Shown here piece by piece: positions 60,508 through 64,000 of a stretch of 64,000 nt of DNA. The notes under the pieces are model-generated. The model was not told where the DNA came from, did no database searches, and worked only from the letters and a program-made list of their open reading frames with translations. Origin of the DNA: an uncultured Acidimicrobiales bacterium (GTDB lineage: Bacteria > Actinomycetota > Acidimicrobiia > Acidimicrobiales > SZUA-35). The DNA lies in assembly GCA_937958015.1 (NCBI GenBank), contig CALGOA010000063.1, forward strand, positions 9,079 through 73,078, read 5' to 3'. Position 1 is the first letter of the stretch. Every line of letters starts with the position of its first letter. Both the position numbers and the translations under genes were made by a program.

Positions 60508-61347
60508 ATGACGAAGCGGCCCCAGATTCTGGTGACCAACGATGACGGCATCGACTCGCTGGGACTACACGCACTGGCCATTGCCGTTGCCGAACTGGGC
60601 GACGTTACCGTCATCGCTCCCGATCAGGAGTTCAGCGGCGCTGGTGCTGCGATCGGATCGATCTTTGACATCCAACCCCAGGCCCATCGCCGACTCATCA
60701 ACGGATTGCCCGGCACCGACAACGTCTGGGCGATCAGCGGTTCGCCGGCGTTATGTGTGCTGTTCGCTCGGATGGGGGCCTTCGATGTGGAACCCGACCT
60801 GATCGTTAGTGGTATCAACCCCGGCGCCAACGTTGGTCGCAGCGTCTATCACTCTGGCACGATCGGCGCCTGCCTCACGGGCCGCAATGGCGGTGTGCCG
60901 GGCATCGCCGTCAGTCAGGCGCTTCAGAACTGGAACACGAACGGGCAGGCGTGGGGCGAGGCCATCGCCAAACTCGACTGGTCCACGGCGGCGACGATCG
61001 GGGCTCGGGCGGCCAAGGCACTACTCGATGCTCCTCCGGCCCAACCCGGCGTGTTGAACATCAACGTTCCCGACCGGCCGTTGGCCGAAATAGATGACTG
61101 GTTGTGGACGACGGTGGCGGAGAAACCTCCCACCGACGACACCACGGCAACTCTCGAGCCGCTTGCGGGACACTCCAATTCATTCGATATCAAGGTGAAC
61201 TGGGGTTCCAAATGGAACGGGGAGGCGGGGAGCGACGTCCACGCCATCTCGGAAGGGCAGCTCTCACTGAGTTGGATCAGCAAACTCGAGTCGACGCCAG
61301 ATTCTGGAACACAAGTAGGCGCCGCCATCGACGCCCTTCTCGGCTGA
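60508..61347 (+). CDS. surE: 5'/3'-nucleotidase SurE
   Basis: N-terminus ILVTNDDGIDSLGL, plus GINPGANVG and SGTIGA motifs. Confidence 0.9.
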   Translation: MTKRPQILVTNDDGIDSLGLHALAIAVAELGDVTVIAPDQEFSGAGAAIGSIFDIQPQAHRRLINGLPGTDNVWAISGSPALCVLFARMGAFDVEPDLIVSGINPGANVGRSVYHSGTIGACLTGRNGGVPGIAVSQALQNWNTNGQAWGEAIAKLDWSTAATIGARAAKALLDAPPAQPGVLNINVPDRPLAEIDDWLWTTVAEKPPTDDTTATLEPLAGHSNSFDIKVNWGSKWNGEAGSDVHAISEGQLSLSWISKLESTPDSGTQVGAAIDALLG

Positions 61348-61358
61348 CACCCACTCCG

Positions 61359-62066
61359 TCAGCGGGTGAGAAACAGCCAACTGAAACCCAGCACTCCCCG
61401 GTAGTCCTGATACTCGGCCAGTCGCTGATCGGCGAACGTCTCAGCCTCGGGTGTTCCGACGAGCCGGACACCTTCGATCCAGGCGTGTTCGAACCCATCC
61501 CACTCGTCGAGCGTGGACCGGGAATGGGCCGCAATGTTCCAGCCCGTTGCCTGCGCCACGGCCTCGAGTTCATGCGGGGTTGGCAACGCGCCGAAGTCGT
61601 CGAGGAGTGCGGATGTGGGCGGCATCGACCACACCCCATCGCCCACTACCGCTGCCGCGATTCCTGATTCGAACAGCGAGGTGAACATGTCCTCGGTCCC
61701 GTCGAAGGCATGCGAGGCACCAATACTCAGCATCGCCTCGGTCGAGGCGTCCATCAGAGCCTCCGAGACCGTCGCGACCTCGAATCGCACCCGATCGGCC
61801 ACTGCCCGCTCGATGGCTCTACTCCGGGCCCGTTGGATCGCATGTTCGTCGATATCGACTCCGACGATCCTGGCCAGCTCAGGCCTCGACGCCAGTTCGA
61901 GAACGAGCCGGCCCTCGCCGCAACCGAGGTCGAGCACAGAGGTGGCGTGCTCGGCGACGAAGTGTGCAATCTCGTCTGCACGTGCTCCGCTCATCGGCGT
62001 ATTGAAGCGGACCGCGGCGCCGCCCGCTTTCATCAATTCCGATCGGACGTCGTCTGCGATCGTCAT
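61359..62066 (-). CDS. class I SAM-dependent methyltransferase
   Basis: Motif I VLDLGCGEGRL and post-I VGVDIDE. Confidence 0.8.
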   Translation of the reverse strand: MTIADDVRSELMKAGGAAVRFNTPMSGARADEIAHFVAEHATSVLDLGCGEGRLVLELASRPELARIVGVDIDEHAIQRARSRAIERAVADRVRFEVATVSEALMDASTEAMLSIGASHAFDGTEDMFTSLFESGIAAAVVGDGVWSMPPTSALLDDFGALPTPHELEAVAQATGWNIAAHSRSTLDEWDGFEHAWIEGVRLVGTPEAETFADQRLAEYQDYRGVLGFSWLFLTR

Positions 62067-62117
62067 GCCACGACGTTACTGCTAGGGGTGATTTGGCGTC
62101 CGAGTGTTTCGTGACAG

Positions 62118-63158
62118 CTACATGTCCTCGGCGAGTTCGATAGCCATCCCGGCCAGCGAGTCGACCTGCACCCGGAAGGCCTCGAGGTCGACGTCGTTGT
62201 CCAGTGCGCCCTTCATGTAACGACTGAGCACACCCTCGACGATCGCGCCGAGGCGCCAGAACTGGAAGGCTCGGTAGTAGTTCGGATTGGCGACCTCGAA
62301 GCCGGTCTTTTCGACATACCGAGCGATGAGATCATCGCGCGACATGAAACCACCGTCGGCGGTGGGGAAGTCCGTAGCGCCCGCCACCTGATCGAGTTCG
62401 CCCGGCTCGACCCAGTTGTTCAGTAGATATCCGAGGTCGGCTAGAGGGTCGCCAAGTGTGCACAATTCCCAGTCGAGGACGGCGGCCACGGTGCCGGTCT
62501 CGGGAATCACCAGCATGTTTCCGAGTCGGTAGTCGCCGTGCACGACGGTGTTGTACTTCTCCTCGGGCAACGCTTCCAGCAGCAGTTGATAGGTGCGATC
62601 CATCGCTGGGAGCTCACGGGTCTTGGTCTTCTCCCACTGGCCCTGCCATCGCTTGAGTTGGCGCTCCAGGTAACCCGATCGTCGACCGAGGTCACCCAGG
62701 CCGATCTCGTCGGGGTCGGCGGTGTGAAGCGCAGCCAGTGTGTCCACCACCGACTCGCTGAGTTTGATCCGCTGGTCGGCGGGAATGGAAGCGGCCGTAA
62801 TGGTCCGATCGTGGAGCACGACCCCGTCGACGAAGTCCATTACGTAGAACGGTGAACCGTTCACCTCAAGGTCTTCGCAGAGTCCGAGCGTTTCGGGACA
62901 GGCCACCGGGGTTGGGCCAAAGGCCGATATCACGCGGTGTTCCCGCACCATGTCGTGCGCAGTTGCCAATACGGCCGTGAGTGGAGGTCGCCGCAACACC
63001 AGGCGGCGGCCTGCGGCATCGGTAACGCCGAAGGTGAGGTTGCTGTGGCCGCCGGCGATGGGTGAGAACTCGAACGGTGCGCTCACCCCCGGGATCGTGT
63101 CAACCATCCATTTGGTGACGGATTCAAGATCGATGCCGGCGACGTCTTCAGTGCTCAC
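62118..63158 (-). CDS. phosphotransferase-family protein (APH/ChoK-like kinase fold)
   Basis: Brenner motif HGDYRLGNMLV and DWELCTLGDPLADL. Confidence 0.85.
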   Translation of the reverse strand: MSTEDVAGIDLESVTKWMVDTIPGVSAPFEFSPIAGGHSNLTFGVTDAAGRRLVLRRPPLTAVLATAHDMVREHRVISAFGPTPVACPETLGLCEDLEVNGSPFYVMDFVDGVVLHDRTITAASIPADQRIKLSESVVDTLAALHTADPDEIGLGDLGRRSGYLERQLKRWQGQWEKTKTRELPAMDRTYQLLLEALPEEKYNTVVHGDYRLGNMLVIPETGTVAAVLDWELCTLGDPLADLGYLLNNWVEPGELDQVAGATDFPTADGGFMSRDDLIARYVEKTGFEVANPNYYRAFQFWRLGAIVEGVLSRYMKGALDNDVDLEAFRVQVDSLAGMAIELAEDM

Positions 63159-63185
63159 GGGGGTGACCGTAGCGTTTGGTGGAGG

Positions 63186-63989
63186 TCACGACGAATGCGT
63201 CAGAACGAGAAGCGTCCAACCGTCGTATTCATGGCTGTCTGAGATCTCTCGGCCGTACGCAGCCCGGGTTCGCTCGCTCTGGTCCCGGCCCCGAATCCCG
63301 GTCACAACGATCGGGGCATCTCGGTTCACGAGGGCGACGATTGCCGCTGCTTCAGCTTCGTGAACCGTCACCAGAGTGTTGACGACTGCGAGATCGAAAC
63401 CGGCCGACCTGCGGAGGTGGTCGGGTGAGGCCAGTTGTGTCGGCGTGGCGCACACGAAACTGGTTCGGTCGTCGAGCCCGTTCCGGACGGCGTTCGAGGT
63501 AGCGATACGCACCGCTTCGGGGTCGATATCACAACCGGCGACCGTCCAACCGGCACTGGCCGCAGCGAGGCTGAGAACACCCGAACCCGAACCGACGTCG
63601 AGCATCGACGACCGCACGGGAAGTCGGTCCAGCGCATCCAGGGCCAGTCGTGTGGTGGGATGCCCTCCGTGGCCGAACGAGGTTCCGATCTCCAACTCGA
63701 TCATCCCCGAAGGGGTTGCGATCGTGGACAGCTCGTCGATGGTCCAGTCGTCGGCGGTGGTAATGGGGTGGGCACGGGCTGCAAACCCGAGTTCGAGGAG
63801 CGATTGGCGGAACCGTCGGGCGTCGGATTCGGTGTCGAACCCGACGATGAGGCCGAGACCATCCGGGTCGCTGACCTCGGCGATTCCGGTGGTTTCGGCC
63901 ATGATCGCCATCGTCTCGATCGTGTCGACCCGATCGGCGGTGGAACCGGCATCCTCGTGGACCCGGTCCACTCGAACGACCCAGCTCAT
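63186..63989 (-). CDS. prmA: ribosomal protein L11 methyltransferase-like (PrmA family)
   Basis: FGHGGHPTTRLALDAL...MLDVGSGSGVLSLAAA...GCDIDPEAV...N matches PrmA core motifs. Confidence 0.75.
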   Translation of the reverse strand: MSWVVRVDRVHEDAGSTADRVDTIETMAIMAETTGIAEVSDPDGLGLIVGFDTESDARRFRQSLLELGFAARAHPITTADDWTIDELSTIATPSGMIELEIGTSFGHGGHPTTRLALDALDRLPVRSSMLDVGSGSGVLSLAAASAGWTVAGCDIDPEAVRIATSNAVRNGLDDRTSFVCATPTQLASPDHLRRSAGFDLAVVNTLVTVHEAEAAAIVALVNRDAPIVVTGIRGRDQSERTRAAYGREISDSHEYDGWTLLVLTHSS

Positions 63990-64000
63990 CGCAACGCTTA

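Overview
This is a high-GC chromosomal segment, by eye about 65-67% GC, with actinobacterial gene content. I call about 60 protein genes, one tRNA, one tandem glycine riboswitch, one decayed IS3 element and a family of intergenic repeats.

Several genes suggest an Acidimicrobiia or Ilumatobacter-like organism: F420/LLM oxidoreductases, DUF3499, WS/DGAT, ECF sigma, a halohydrin-dehalogenase-type SDR and a GH13_18 phosphorylase. That assignment is inference only.

Most of the window is core housekeeping or metabolism:
- S9 peptidase and WS/DGAT
- class A PBP
- MacB-type ABC exporter
- Na/Pi symporter with a PhoU-like protein
- two-component system and an ECF sigma pair
- Nei, ArfB, rhomboid, SurE and PrmA
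- gcvT-gcvP

The items I consider most worth follow-up:
1. An AhpD/CMD-family 'peroxidase-related' gene is split by the ORF track at an in-frame TGA. The TGA falls on the second Cys of the CxxC redox motif. A hairpin with a GGUCU loop follows at the spacing I recall for the E. coli fdhF SECIS. This makes it a probable unannotated selenoprotein.
2. A dispersed family of intergenic 20-nt boxes (consensus GTGAACCCGCCCGAACTGTC) occurs in strictly 30-nt-phased arrays, in both orientations, at five or more loci.
3. A 2.9-kb insertion at tRNA-Arg(CCT) is bracketed by perfect 49-bp direct repeats. It has no integrase and carries an AAA+/DUF4143 ATPase and a decayed IS3. A lower-GC orphan GHKL/MORC-like ATPase lies just outside it.
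4. An SDR homolog carries the Ser-Tyr-Arg halohydrin dehalogenase signature.
5. A WXG100-like gene pair.

No CRISPR array and no rRNA were seen. Many long ORFs in the track are antisense or out-of-frame artefacts of the GC content and were not called. All family assignments come from motif recognition by eye, and no database search was run.
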